DNA of 64,000 bases. Source: Candidatus Marinacidobacterales bacterium. Its GTDB lineage: Bacteria; Acidobacteriota; Vicinamibacteria; Marinacidobacterales; SMYC01. Each line of letters begins with the position of its first letter. Positions within the stretch are counted from its first letter, which is position 1. Made by a program: the position numbers and the translations under genes. The DNA lies in contig CBDCYI010000004.1 of assembly GCA_965224085.1 (NCBI GenBank), positions 1-64,000 of the forward strand, written 5' to 3'. The notes beneath the pieces were generated by a model that searched no databases, had not been told where the DNA came from, and worked only from the letters and a program-made list of their open reading frames with translations. Positions 30,407 through 40,797 of this stretch are shown here, one piece after another.

Positions 30407-30992
30407 TGAGCGGGTGCGCTCCATCGCCTAAAGGCGATGGGTTCGCGGGCGACTAAAGTCGCCTAAAGGCGCACGGCGGAGGATTACTCGCTTACCCTGA
30501 ACGACTCGTCGTCTTCCGGCAGCTCTCCTTGCAGCTCGATGTACTTGGCCACAACCTCATCGGTCACGTTTCCGCTCGTCGCTACAAAATAGCCGCGCGC
30601 CCACAGGTGCCGACCCCAAAACTTCTTGCGGATCGCTCGAAAATCACGCATCAGCTTGTGCGATGTCTTCCCCTTGATCGCCTGCATTACTCGGCTCGGC
30701 GACAGCCGTGGCGGCACGCTCAGCAACAGATGAACGTGCTCTGGCCGTACATGGCCCTTCAGTATTTCTATGTGGTGCGTCGCACAGATCTCTCTTATCA
30801 ACTCCCGCAGGCGAAGTGCTACATCTCCTCTCAATACCGGCTTGCGGTACTTCGGGATGAATACGAAATGGTAGTTTAATTGATACGTCGTGTGCGATGA
30901 TTTCCGATATCCTTTCATCCGGGGATCGTACCGCAAGCCTCCTAAAGGCTTCGCCTGAAGGCGAGGGGTTTCAACCATCCCCGAGTGAGACA
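30407..30992 (-). mobile_element. IS200-like element (tnpA only)
   Basis: Subterminal hairpins CCATCGCCTAAAGGCGATGG (30421-30440) and TCGCCTGAAGGCGA (30951-30964); boundaries approximate. Confidence 0.8.
30484..30918 (-). CDS. tnpA: IS200/IS605 Y1 transposase
   Basis: YHFVFIPKYRKPVL, EHVHLL (HUH), LWARGYF, KYIELQ. Confidence 0.95.
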   Translation of the reverse strand: MKGYRKSSHTTYQLNYHFVFIPKYRKPVLRGDVALRLRELIREICATHHIEILKGHVRPEHVHLLLSVPPRLSPSRVMQAIKGKTSHKLMRDFRAIRKKFWGRHLWARGYFVATSGNVTDEVVAKYIELQGELPEDDESFRVSE

Positions 30993-32479
30993 CTCAGGGT
31001 GTAGCGTTGGCAAGAGGTGTGAGAGTGACGTCAAAACCGAGCTCCCTTAGGCGTCGTGTCATTCGTATTGTGAGCTGTTCCTTGTCGCGTTGATGGAAGT
31101 AATCGGCACCCAGTTCCCGGTATGGAATCTCATTGTGGAGCATGTAGTAGACGGCGGTGATGATGGAGGCGGCGACGGCGACGACAGCTTTCTTGGAGCC
31201 CCGACGAGATTTGAGCCGGAAGAACTGGGCACGCAGATAGCTGTCGCGCTTGCGGCTTGCCGCCCAAGCGGCTTGCCGCCCAAGCGGCTTGGACAAGAGC
31301 GGTCTTGAGCCATGGAGCCCCTTTGCGGGTTTTCTGAGAAAAGCGTTTACCGGCACTCTCATGAAGCCGTGGGCATAGACCGGCCCAAGAGCGAAGGTGT
31401 CCGGCCGTTGGGAATGCCGAGACATCGGGTCCGATCTCGGCGACGAGAATGGCCGCCGTGGCTTCACTGATGCCCGGGATCGTCACCAGAAGCTCGATGG
31501 CCGATCGAAAAGGGCGCAGGCTCTCTGTGATACGGGATTCGAGCGCGCTCACTGAGGCTTCAAGCTGCTCGATATGATTGAGATGAAAACCCAACAGGAA
31601 ACGATGATGGTCGGTAACGTAGCCCTCGAGCGCTGCGCTCAATTCCTGTTCAGTGGCTTTGAGTCGGCTCGAGCCCAGCTCACTCAGCTTGTGAGGGTCG
31701 CTTTCTCCTGCAATGATCGCTCGGAGAATCGCCCGCCCGCTTACTCCCAAAATCGTGCTAATCACGCTCGTCAATTTGATGTTCGCGTCTTCCAACGTCT
31801 TTTGAATTCGCTGGGTCTCCCGAGCGATTTCTCGAACGAACTGCTTTCGCGTTCGGGTCAGCTCTCGCAGTTCCCGGATCGGCGTTGGCGGAACGAAGCT
31901 AGCTCGAATGAGACCATGGGCAAGCAAATCCGCTATCCACAAGGCATCACTGATATCGCTCTTACGACCCGGCATGTTCTTGACGTGGGCCGGTTGTGCC
32001 AACACCAACTCAAAATGACCTTCGAGCACATGCCACACCGGCTTCCAATACACTCCGGTCGCTTCCATCGCTACAATCGTGCAACCGCACTGCCCCAGCC
32101 AATCCAACATTTCCAGCAATTCGCTCGTGGCCGTGCCGAACACACGCGTCTCGCGCACCACCTTCCGCTTCGACGCTACCCGCACGCAAGCCGTAATCGA
32201 TTTCTGGTGGACGTCCAATCCGGCGCATCGCTTATGAACCACTCTCATCGCAGCCTCCTTCACGTCGCACCGGCGTGGAGCCCACGAACTTGTAATCTAA
32301 TAGACGCGCTCAACTATCCCAGCTGGAATAGAAAACGCAATTTGGGGTACGCGCAGGACTCCCAGCCAAACTTGACAACGGGCTCAGTCGCACCAACGTT
32401 AAGCCGACCTCTGAGCCGGTGCCACCTTCACAGACTACCGCGTTTCATTTATTCGGGGTGACCGCCAGGCCGTGGAAAA
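30993..32479 (-). mobile_element. IS110 element A, copy 2; transposase frameshifted, right end replaced by IS200
   Basis: Inverted near-identical copy; 16-bp tandem duplication GCGGCTTGCCGCCCAA at about 31252-31283. Confidence 0.88.
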
Positions 32480-32777
32480 CTTGACAATAACCGCGTCGAC
32501 CATGGCGGAAGCTGCATGTAGGCGACGGCGACTCCTCTGCCGCAGGCTCGCCGAAGGTCACGACGGTTTGATCTCGAAGGCCGCATCGATGCCAGCGAAT
32601 GCGAAGACTCTGGTCGCGTTCGCGGAGAGGGTCTGTCTCATTTTCTGAAGGGACACACCTCGCGCGACAGCCAGTCGCTCGGCTGTTGTGGTGGCATGCC
32701 CTGCTCCGCCTATCGCGGAGCGCCATTGGCCGAGTCACGACCAAGAGGACAACGATGGAGCCTGATCAGAAGCCTGC

Positions 32778-33548
32778 ATGCAGTGCACCCTCAAGCGCGT
32801 CTGGTCAAAATACTCGAACGCCCATCACCGCGAGAGGAATCATCAAGCCAAAGAGCTTCAAGCCGACGAGATTCGCACGTTCGCGGGCAACAAGAAGACG
32901 CCGAGTTGGGTCTTCGTTACGATCGAGGTCTGGTCTCGGCTCTGGCCATCGACGGTGACGGGAAGGCGAAGCTACCGGAACACTCACGCTCTGTTTCGCG
33001 ACCTTTCGAAGCGGATGAATTTCGGACGTCTTCCCCTGATCGTCACGGATGGATTCGAATTCTACCAGAAGGTCATCCGTCGCTTCTTCGGTCCAGCGTA
33101 TCTTTACGGCCAGGTCCTCAAGACGCGCAGGAACGGTCGTATCATCAAGGTCGAACGGAGAGCGCTGCACGGAGCCGCGTGGCGATTCGAAGACGCGCTC
33201 AATAACTCCGAGGACTCCTCAACATTGAACACGTCGTTCATCGAGCGGTTAAATCTGACCATCCGGCAAAGCTTGGCATACCTTTCGAGACGAACGCTTT
33301 CCCACGCTCGCTCGACGGAGAGGCTCGATGAGCACATGGAATTGCTCCGTTGCTATTACAACTTCGTCCGACCGCACGGAGCTCTGAAGTTCGGACGTGA
33401 GATCCGAACTCCGGCTATGCAGGCCGGTCTGACCACGCGACGGCTCACCTTTCGAGACATCTTCTTGGCGACGACGATTCCTTTGTGGCTGCGGATCGAG
33501 GTTTTCCTGCTCACTGGGGCGCGCCAACCCGGTCTCTTCCGCACCTGA
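32778..33548 (+). CDS. IS1 family transposase (5' part degenerate)
   Basis: QADEIRTF, IVTDGFEFY, TSFIERLNLTIRQ, YYNFVRPH, RTPAMQAGL. Confidence 0.8.
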   Translation: MQCTLKRVWSKYSNAHHRERNHQAKELQADEIRTFAGNKKTPSWVFVTIEVWSRLWPSTVTGRRSYRNTHALFRDLSKRMNFGRLPLIVTDGFEFYQKVIRRFFGPAYLYGQVLKTRRNGRIIKVERRALHGAAWRFEDALNNSEDSSTLNTSFIERLNLTIRQSLAYLSRRTLSHARSTERLDEHMELLRCYYNFVRPHGALKFGREIRTPAMQAGLTTRRLTFRDIFLATTIPLWLRIEVFLLTGARQPGLFRT

Positions 33549-33589
33549 ACCACTGCCCGCAGCCGCGTAGCAACATATCTGGACTCCTC

Positions 33590-33875
33590 AATCAACACCT
33601 TTCTCAAAAAAGTCTTCCTCAGAGCTGCTCGTCCAAATCGGTGACGAGTGGGTCAGACTGCAAACATATCTACGGCCTCAGTGAGGAGCGTCTTGGGTGC
33701 TCCGGGCCATGACGGAAAATCCGCGCGCGAGGAGCCAATCACTTTGAGCGACCTCTGAGGGCCAGTGTTGCTATCGGCTTGACCCCGCGCCGGTCCGACC
33801 GGTACGCCATCAGTTGGAAGGGTATCGTCGCAGCCTCTGTTGGAAGGGAAGAAGGAAAACACGAGAGTGGAGCCT
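33590..33875 (-). ncRNA. Putative seek/bridge RNA region of element B
   Basis: Contains TCAAG and TAGCAACACT (target matches) plus CCGTCAT and AGATATG (donor-junction matches). Confidence 0.6.
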
Positions 33876-34910
33876 CTATGCGGCCGCGGGCACCGACTGG
33901 AATTCACTCTCGCGGGTGGAGACGGCCCAGACTATCCGGGCGAGTTTGTTGGCGACAGCAATCGCGGCTTTGTTGTGTCCCCGCGAGCGGTGGACCTTCC
34001 GCGCCCAGGCGCGGAGCTTGTCGGGCGGGCTCTTGCTGACGTTGGCCGCTCGGAGCACGGCGCGTCCGCCCTGCGTGAGGAGCGTACGGAGGTAGGAGTC
34101 GCCACGCTTGGTGATGCGCCCGAGGCGGCGAATGTCACCACTGGAGTTCTCTTTGGGAACGAGGCCGAGGTAACTCGAGAAGCGGCGTCCCGATGGGAAG
34201 CGGCGCAGATCCCCAACGAAGCCGACGATGGCGGTCGCGGTCAAAAGTCCGATGCCGGGAATGGTGAGAAGTCGTTGCACCTCAGGAAGCTGCTTGGCGA
34301 GCGCCTTGAGCTCGTGCTCGATGCCAGCGCACTTGTCCTTGAGCTCTCGAATCTCGGAGCACGCATCACGCAGGTGCGGACGGAGCACGTCGGGCAAATC
34401 AGAATCAGCGTCTTCGACGAGCTCGGAGATGGCGGGCACGACGAAGTGAGCGCCCTTGGGGATGAAGAGTCCGAGCTCGCGCAGGACCCCGCGTACGGCA
34501 TTGATGCGTGCGGTTCGTGTGGAGAGCCATCCTGAGCGTAGGCGATGGAGCGCGGCGAGGGTGTGCTGGCGCACGGACTTGATGGGCACCGAAAGAATCT
34601 CCTCGTTCCGGTAAGCCTCGAGCAAAGCTTTGGTGTCCGCGCGGTCGTTCTTGCTCCCGCGTCGATACGGCCTTACGAGGTGAGGTGGGAGCAGGACGAC
34701 GTCGTGTCCCAACCGTCGCAACGTCCTTGCCCAAAAGTGAGCCGAGCCGCAGGCTTCGAGAAGCACGGTGGCAGCGCTCTGTTTCGCAAAAAACGACACC
34801 AACTTGGGTCGACTCACACGGAGTTGCTTGGACACCTTCCCCGCTTCGCGCGAGATGGCAATCTCGAAGACGTTCTTTGCAAGACCCACAGCGATCGTCG
34901 TATCTTTCAT
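33876..34910 (-). CDS. IS110 (IS1111-type) recombinase; first catalytic Asp appears changed to Gly
   Basis: TIAVGLAK (TIAVDLAK in the 54.9-kb copy), LLEACG, KNDRADT, YLGLVPKENSSG, ITKRGD. Confidence 0.88.
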   Translation of the reverse strand: MKDTTIAVGLAKNVFEIAISREAGKVSKQLRVSRPKLVSFFAKQSAATVLLEACGSAHFWARTLRRLGHDVVLLPPHLVRPYRRGSKNDRADTKALLEAYRNEEILSVPIKSVRQHTLAALHRLRSGWLSTRTARINAVRGVLRELGLFIPKGAHFVVPAISELVEDADSDLPDVLRPHLRDACSEIRELKDKCAGIEHELKALAKQLPEVQRLLTIPGIGLLTATAIVGFVGDLRRFPSGRRFSSYLGLVPKENSSGDIRRLGRITKRGDSYLRTLLTQGGRAVLRAANVSKSPPDKLRAWARKVHRSRGHNKAAIAVANKLARIVWAVSTRESEFQSVPAAA

Positions 34911-35487
34911 TCGGACTCCTCCTTTTTCGATGCGTTCTTTCGACTGACTTTGGCACATCGATGCCGTCTATGTCAGCGGAGGAGTCCATCCCATCACTTG
35001 ATGGCGGAAGCACCCAGCGAGGAGTCCGCGGTCGCTTTGCTGTTTGGGCTTATCGCCTCTGGCCAGATTCAACTACGACGCATCGACGGCTACCAACGTC
35101 TGAGCGAGGTTCTCGAACACGCGGAGGTTGCCGCCTGATATGATACTCTGATGACGGAGTAGAGGGTGCTGTTCTTTTTCCACGGACCTCGGGACACATC
35201 CCAAAAACTAGGCCCTTTTGAAATAGACCATGAATCAGCAGCTTAGTGTCTGTGTTTGCGCCCGGGCCAAGGGCCTAGCTCTGCTCCATGGTTGTCGCGG
35301 GCCCCACCGTCCACGCTGCATCGACTGTTCGCTTGTAATGTTGCCAGTGAATCAAGTTTTGGCACAGGACGCCGGGGTCCCGGTACGCCGTGGTACCCGC
35401 ACCGATCCGCGTGATATATTCTTGGGTCCGGAAACCGATGCAACGTGTCCACGGAGTTGAGAAAGGCCAAGAACTTGGGAGGTTTCA

Positions 35488-36078
35488 ATGAAAGACAATA
35501 GAATGATTGCCGAGTTGATATCGGAGTTTGTAGCACAGTTGGAGAAGCAGCTGCATGAGCTAAATTCACGAATTACTACTGTTCTTGCTGAGCCGGAGGC
35601 TTCTGAACCGGAGGCTGCCGAGCCAGAGGCTGCCGAGCCAGAGGCTTCTGAGCCAGAGGCTGCTGAGCCGGAGGCTGCTGAACCGGAGGCTGCCGAGCCA
35701 GAGGCTTCTGAGCCAGAGGCTGCTGAGCCGGAGGCTGCTGAACCGGAGGCTTCTGAGCCAGAGGTTGCTGAGCCAGAGGCTGCTGAGCCGGAGGCTGCTG
35801 AGCCGGAGGCTGCTGAGCCGGAGGCTGCTGAGCCGGAGACTTCTGAGCCGGAGGCTGCTGAGCCGGAGGCTGCTGAGCCGGAGGCTGCTGAGCCGGAGGC
35901 TGCTGAGCCGGAGGCTGCTGAGCCGGAGACTTCTGAGCCGGAGGCTGCTGAGCCGGAGACTTCTGAGCCGGAGGCTGCTGAGCCGGAGGCTGCTGAGCCG
36001 GAGACTTCTGAGCCAGAGACTTCTGAGCCAGAGGTAGACGATGGCGATTCGCAATCCCAGGAAGACCGCGCAAAGTAA
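35488..36078 (+). CDS. Short helical leader plus about 30 EPE(A/T/V)(A/S) pentapeptide repeats
   Basis: GGAGG RBS; 15-bp tandem repeats; C-terminus [15 protein letters not shown] identical to the bactofilin tail. Confidence 0.7.
   Translation: MKDNRMIAELISEFVAQLEKQLHELNSRITTVLAEPEASEPEAAEPEAAEPEASEPEAAEPEAAEPEAAEPEASEPEAAEPEAAEPEASEPEVAEPEAAEPEAAEPEAAEPEAAEPETSEPEAAEPEAAEPEAAEPEAAEPEAAEPETSEPEAAEPETSEPEAAEPEAAEPETSEPETSEPEVDDGDSQSQEDRAK
35590..36035 (+). repeat. 15-bp coding tandem repeat (GAGCCRGAGGCTGCT)n
   Basis: Directly visible; about 30 units. Confidence 0.95.
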
Positions 36079-36119
36079 TGGACGGCAATAGAACTGAGAC
36101 AGGGGATAGGCGTTAGTGC

Positions 36120-36701
36120 ATGAAACCTGTGATCCGCAAAAAAGAAGATCGCGTGCCGCCTGGATCGACTTTTTGCGGAGCACAGGAGGTGCCAACGGGC
36201 GAGGGAGATGTTGGCGAACGGGTTGCTACCCTTGAACAGTCCTTCGCCAGCGAGTCGATGATGCACCACTACAACCTATCGACGCGCCACGTGTTCCAGA
36301 CGCGACGCTCGGATATTCGCTCCGAGACGTTGGCTGCGTTGCAGTCCAACATCGAGGTGGCCACCAGCGGGCAAGCGGTGCCGTTACCCGGATTCCCCGA
36401 ATACTTTCTAAGCATCAGGAACACCTGGGTCGGCGCAGTGGGGTGGCTCATCCAGGGACCCGAGCACCGGGTCATGGTTCAGTGCGTGACAGCCTGGACG
36501 ATTGAGGGCGCAGCAAAGGGCGTGCGCTGGTTGGGGGCGGAGCTACCGGAGGAGTTGGACTTGCCTTGTTGTCTGGTCAAGCTTGGACTACCCCTGCTTA
36601 AGGATCCCGGTGCGGCAAGTTGGCTTGATGATGCCGAGCGGTGCATTAGCTGGGCGATGCTACCCACGCCTCCTCTTGGCAATGGCACAGGGTCGCCCTG
36701 A
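36120..36701 (+). pseudogene. Hypothetical protein, paralog of 29633..30268; 5' end replaced by a MITE
   Basis: Homology starts at about 36185, directly after the short MITE at 36128-36184. Confidence 0.6.
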
Positions 36702-36755
36702 TAGGTGTATCGAGGCGCTAACCCTTGGAAGACGAGTCATAGGGGTAGACGTTAA

Positions 36756-36944
36756 CCCTAATTGCAAATAAACGTCACCGTGTCTGAGGTCTTTGGCCCC
36801 GTGAATAGCACCTTTTCCAGGTTCTGCATACACCGTGCAGAATCACCTATAGTGGCGGCGAGCGGGTGCCCCAGCACGAGCTTCTCGCCTGCGCCCAGTG
36901 CGGCTGTTTCGCGTTTTCGTGCTTCGAAGATTTTGCGATTAGGG
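36756..36944. mobile_element. 189-bp MITE, copy 2
   Basis: Inverted copy of 27643-27831; TTAA on both sides. Confidence 0.85.
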
Positions 36945-37189
36945 TTAATTCTCTCGCGCACTTCGTAGCAAGGACCCGGACCACGCCATGTCCGCGACAG
37001 ATCAGGACGCGATTCTCTCGTGGGCATCCAAAACAAAGGATCGACTTTCCGTCTCCGACGTAAGCTGGGTGTCGGTCCCACGTATTAAGAATCTGCCACC
37101 TCCTGTCGAGACTTTTCTCGCCGGCGCACTAGCCTTGTCTAAGCGTCTCAAGTTTCAACGCCAGCAAGACTTTGCCCGCTGCGCTCCCC

Positions 37190-37900
37190 TGAGGGAATGT
37201 GTGCCACTCTTAGTTGAAATTTGAAACGGCTCCCTCTCGGGTGGTTTGATGACGTTGTCAAAAGCGAAATCAAGCCGCTCAAGAAAGGAGCCGATATGGG
37301 AAGTCTGCTACGAAGGGTCAAGGAACGCAAGAAGACGCGTCGTCTAGGTGAAGTAGAGGTCATGGAGCAAGAGGGATACGGGGAGCTCGAGGTGGACTCG
37401 AAGGTCGAGATGATCCGCGCACTGGTGCCTCTCGGCCTGATGCATGTTCACGAGTTGCTGGACGCCGAGGTCAGTGAGCTTGCGGGAGAGCGATACGTTC
37501 GGAAATCGGAGACGGTGCAGGGACGACGTCACGGGACGAATCCGGGCACGGTGAACTCGCGGGTCAGCGAGTTCCGGTCCGCGGTCCCCGTGTTCGCGGC
37601 CGCGACGGAGAGATCCCGTTGAACTCGTACGAGAGTCTGAGTCACCGCGGAGAGGTGGACGAGTTGCTTCTACGAAGAGTGCTGTACGGGATCTCGTGCC
37701 GGAACTATGAGTCGGCGGCGGAATTGGTTCCGGGCGCGATCGGTCTGTCGAGTTCGTCGGTGTCGCGCGGCTTCGTCGAAGCAAGCGCAGCGAAGCTGCG
37801 TGAGATGCAGGAGCGTGATCTCTCGGGTGAGGACGTGGTGGCGATGGTCCTGTACGGCAAGACGTTCGCCGACGCGACGATGGTGGTGGCTCTCGGCGGT
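37190..37900 (+). pseudogene. IS256-like transposase 5' fragment, frameshifted
   Basis: LLDAEVSELAGERY, GISCRNYE, SSSSVSRGF, ERDLS...DGK-like region; truncated by a mini-IS110. Confidence 0.65.
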
Positions 37901-37909
37901 ACTGTCAAG

Positions 37910-38018
37910 TTTTCCACGGCTTGACGGCCACCCCGAATGAATGAAACGCGTTAGTCTCTGGAGGTGGCACCGGCTCAACACGACGCCTGAGGGAGCTCGG
38001 GTTTGGCGTCACTGCCCC
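37910..38018 (+). mobile_element. Mini-IS110 A, copy 2 (right end truncated)
   Basis: Same internal deletion junction (GGCTCAACACGACGCC) as 29376-29514; preceded by TGTCAAG. Confidence 0.8.
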
Positions 38019-38073
38019 AGAGGTGTGATGAGCTCGTTGCCGAGACCTTGGTGGTTCCGTTCTGCGTGATAGT

Positions 38074-38550
38074 GCTCGGCAACACAGTGCCCACAATCGC
38101 GAGTTTCTTGAACTCCACTATCCTTGGCATCCGCTCCACGGACGTAGGATTCTCGTCCGCGGCCGGCGAAAGTGGGGCAAGCACACAGCCGTTCGCTTCA
38201 CGGTAGAAGACGAACCGCAACGAGTCTGGACCGAACTTCCGGTCTGGATGTTTGACCGTGCCGTCTGTTCACGGATGCGTTTGACTGGCCGACCCCGCGT
38301 TCATTGGAAAGCCTTGGTAGAACTTAGGCAACTGCTGGACGAGACGGTGTGTGCGCCTCCGTTGGCAAGGGTACAAGATCAGCATCGTTGTTCGAACGTA
38401 GAAGGAGGTGCTGATGAAGGCGATACATCGATTTCGTCGAGCGGAGCAACTTCGGTTTTTCGATCGAAACAGAGTTCTCCCCCTGTGGAGCAGTCTTGCG
38501 GAAGACGTCAGGCAAGCGGTAACTCGATTGACGGCGGAGATGCTCCGTGA
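38074..38550 (+). CDS. orfA, lacking a start codon in the integrated state (YPWHPLHG...ELPVWMFD protein)
   Basis: Frame open from the left junction to the stop at 38550; no ATG/GTG/TTG before 38248; in frame with ATG 40784 after circularisation. Confidence 0.65.
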   Translation, partial: ARQHSAHNREFLELHYPWHPLHGRRILVRGRRKWGKHTAVRFTVEDEPQRVWTELPVWMFDRAVCSRMRLTGRPRVHWKALVELRQLLDETVCAPPLARVQDQHRCSNVEGGADEGDTSISSSGATSVFRSKQSSPPVEQSCGRRQASGNSIDGGDAP

Positions 38551-38605
38551 GCACTGGGCAACAAAATCCACGAACGAAGTAGAGAGGAGGACAAAGGATG
38601 AGTGA
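38408..38605 (+). CDS. orfB, small protein overlapping the LSR start
   Basis: AAGGAGG RBS; W..L.E.VRQ.V..L.A.ML pattern; stop overlaps the LSR 5' end. Confidence 0.6.
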   Translation: MLMKAIHRFRRAEQLRFFDRNRVLPLWSSLAEDVRQAVTRLTAEMLREHWATKSTNEVERRTKDE

Positions 38606-40769
38606 GAAGATCAGAAAGCAACACCTCGCACGTAAAGCTGTTCTTTATGTTCGGCAATCCTCCCCCCATCAGGTTGCCCGTAACGAAGAGAGCCGACGGC
38701 TCCAATACGCCATGGAGGACCGACTCAAGGAACTCGGCTGGGAGGAAGTCGAGGTCGTTGACGAGGACCTCGGCCGCTCAGCGGCTGGTGGGACGCACCG
38801 TAGCGGGTTTGAAGGTATGGTGGCCGAAGTGTGCCTAGGCAAAGTCGGTGCGGTAGCCGCCCGGGAAGTATCACGCTTCGCTCGAAACAGTCGGGATTGG
38901 CAGAAGCTGGTGGAAGTGTGTCGAGTGGTCGACACTCTTCTTATCGATCAGGAGACGATCTACGATTCTCGCCGCGGTAACGACAGGTTGCTTCTAGGAT
39001 TGAAAGGCAGTCTCAACGAATACGAGCTCGATATCCTAAGGCTTCGCGCCGTAGAGGCTCGTCACGAGAAGGCGCGACGTGGAGAGTTGGTCGTCATAAG
39101 GTCTGCTGGCTATATCACGACCGACGAAGGCATCGTGAAGGAGCCAGACCGCCGTGTCCAGCGGACCATAGGATTAGTGTTCCAAAAGTTTCTCGAGCTT
39201 GGCTCAGCCCGCCAAACCTTGCTGTGGTTCATCGAGCACGGTTTAGAAATCCCTGTGCGCGAGTATGGCACAACGGGCTGGGAGACCGTATGGAAACGCC
39301 CCACCTACCAGCTGGTAATACGAATTTTGCAGGACCCGATCCACGCGGGCGCCTACACCTACGGCAAGACCGAAGTAACGACTGAGTTTGAGAGTGGAGT
39401 CGCTCGCAAGAAAATCAGGCGAAAACCGAAAGAAGAGTGGCTTGCTTTGCTCTACGATCACCATGAGAGCTATATTGCTCGCGAAGAGTTTGAGCGGATC
39501 CAAGAGATGATCTCAAACAACGCTCAATGGCCGAACGGCCCTGGACCTGGAGCAGCAAAAAAGGGGCGAGCGCTCCTGTCGGGCTTGCTGCGGTGCGGGC
39601 GTTGCGGCCGCAAGCTGATGGTGGTCTACACGGATCCATCTCAAACAACGCTCAATGGCCGAACGGCCCTGGACCTGGAGCAGCAAAAAAGGGGCGAGCG
39701 CTCCTGTCGGGCTTGCTGCGGTGCGGGCGTTGCGGCCGCAAGCTGATGTGTGGTCGGGGAGCGCTGAACAATGCGGAAGCTCGTTGTATCAGTTTCGGAA
39801 GTCAGCCAGTAGACGATGCTGTAGCCGGTGAAGTGCTCCGGGTGATCGAGCCTGGTGCCATAGAGGCAGCGATGCTCGCACAGCGAGAAGTTGCTTGCGA
39901 GCAGGATGACGTCGTCGAAGCGCTGCGTCTGGACCTCGAGGCAGCACGCTACACAGCGGAGCGCTCTTGGAAACAATACGATACCGCTGACCCAGCAAAC
40001 CGCCTGGTGGTTGATGAGCTGGAAAGACGGTGGAATATCGCACTCGAAACATTTCAAGAGCTCGAAGATAGGATCACGCAACAGGAAGCTCAGCGAAAGC
40101 AAGTGGTGGCGCCGGACCTGAAGGTTTTCGAACAGCTAGCCGAAGATCTCGGTCGCGTATGGAGTGATCCAGAGACGGACGTCCGGCTGAAGAAACGCAT
40201 CGTTCGTGCGCTGATTGAAGAGGTGATTGTCGACATCGACCGAACAATCGGTGAAACCTCACTCGTGATTCATTGGAAAGGCGGCACGCACAATGAATTG
40301 CGCGTACCGATTCGTCGCCGCGGGCAAAACAGTCTCCATACGTCAAAGGACATCGTCGATGCGGTACGAACTCTGACGCTGGTTTGTACTGATGATGTCG
40401 TAGCAGCTTACCTGAACCGTAACGGCCTACTCACCGGTCGTGGAAACCGCTGGACCCGAGAGAGAGTTGTTTCCCTTCGAAATAAGCGCGGGATCGCTAA
40501 GTATTCACCCCGACGGCAAGAGGCAGAAGGCTGGATGACCCTAACTCAAGCGGCCGCCTATCTTGGCGTCTCTGGCAGCGCCCTCCGGCACAGGGTCGAA
40601 CGAGGTGAGCTGAAAGCCATGCATCCCGCTGCCTGATGGACCTTGGGTTCTTAATAGGCAACAACTTGATCAACCGGGTGTTCGCAAGGTTATCGAGAGG
40701 ATCCGTCAGAATCGGAACCCCGCATCGCAATCACTCGAACAACGAACCCTTTTTGAAACAACAACATGA
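38598..40769 (+). pseudogene. Large serine recombinase, disrupted by a 111-bp duplication and a 1-nt insertion
   Basis: AVLYVRQSS (catalytic Ser), EVSRFARN, GLLRCGRCG zinc ribbon, coiled coil, C-terminal HTH; duplication 39510-39620/39638-39748; extra C near 40625. Confidence 0.88.
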
Positions 40770-40797
40770 CATGATGAGGCAGTATGAAACGTCATTC

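Larger units (their letters stand above)
33575..34995 (-). mobile_element. IS110 family, IS1111-type element B inserted in an IS1-like terminal repeat
   Basis: Subterminal IRs TGGACTCCTC at both ends; long 3' non-coding region; flanks rejoin to GGTGCTTCCGCCATCAAGTGTTG. Confidence 0.85.

Noticed and set aside
30300-30483. TnpB/omega-RNA downstream of tnpA
   Set aside because: Right-end hairpins follow tnpA directly; there is no TnpB ORF
35590-36035. Regular repeat array as a possible CRISPR
   Set aside because: Contiguous 15-bp coding repeats with no unique spacers and no cas genes
35352-36269. ORFs of SGSAA, RRLLS, QQPPA and LRLSS repeats
   Set aside because: Alternative frames of the EPEAA repeat; only the EPEAA frame has an RBS and a paralogous tail
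39510-39748. DGR template/variable repeat pair
   Set aside because: The copies are identical rather than A-variable, and no reverse transcriptase is present
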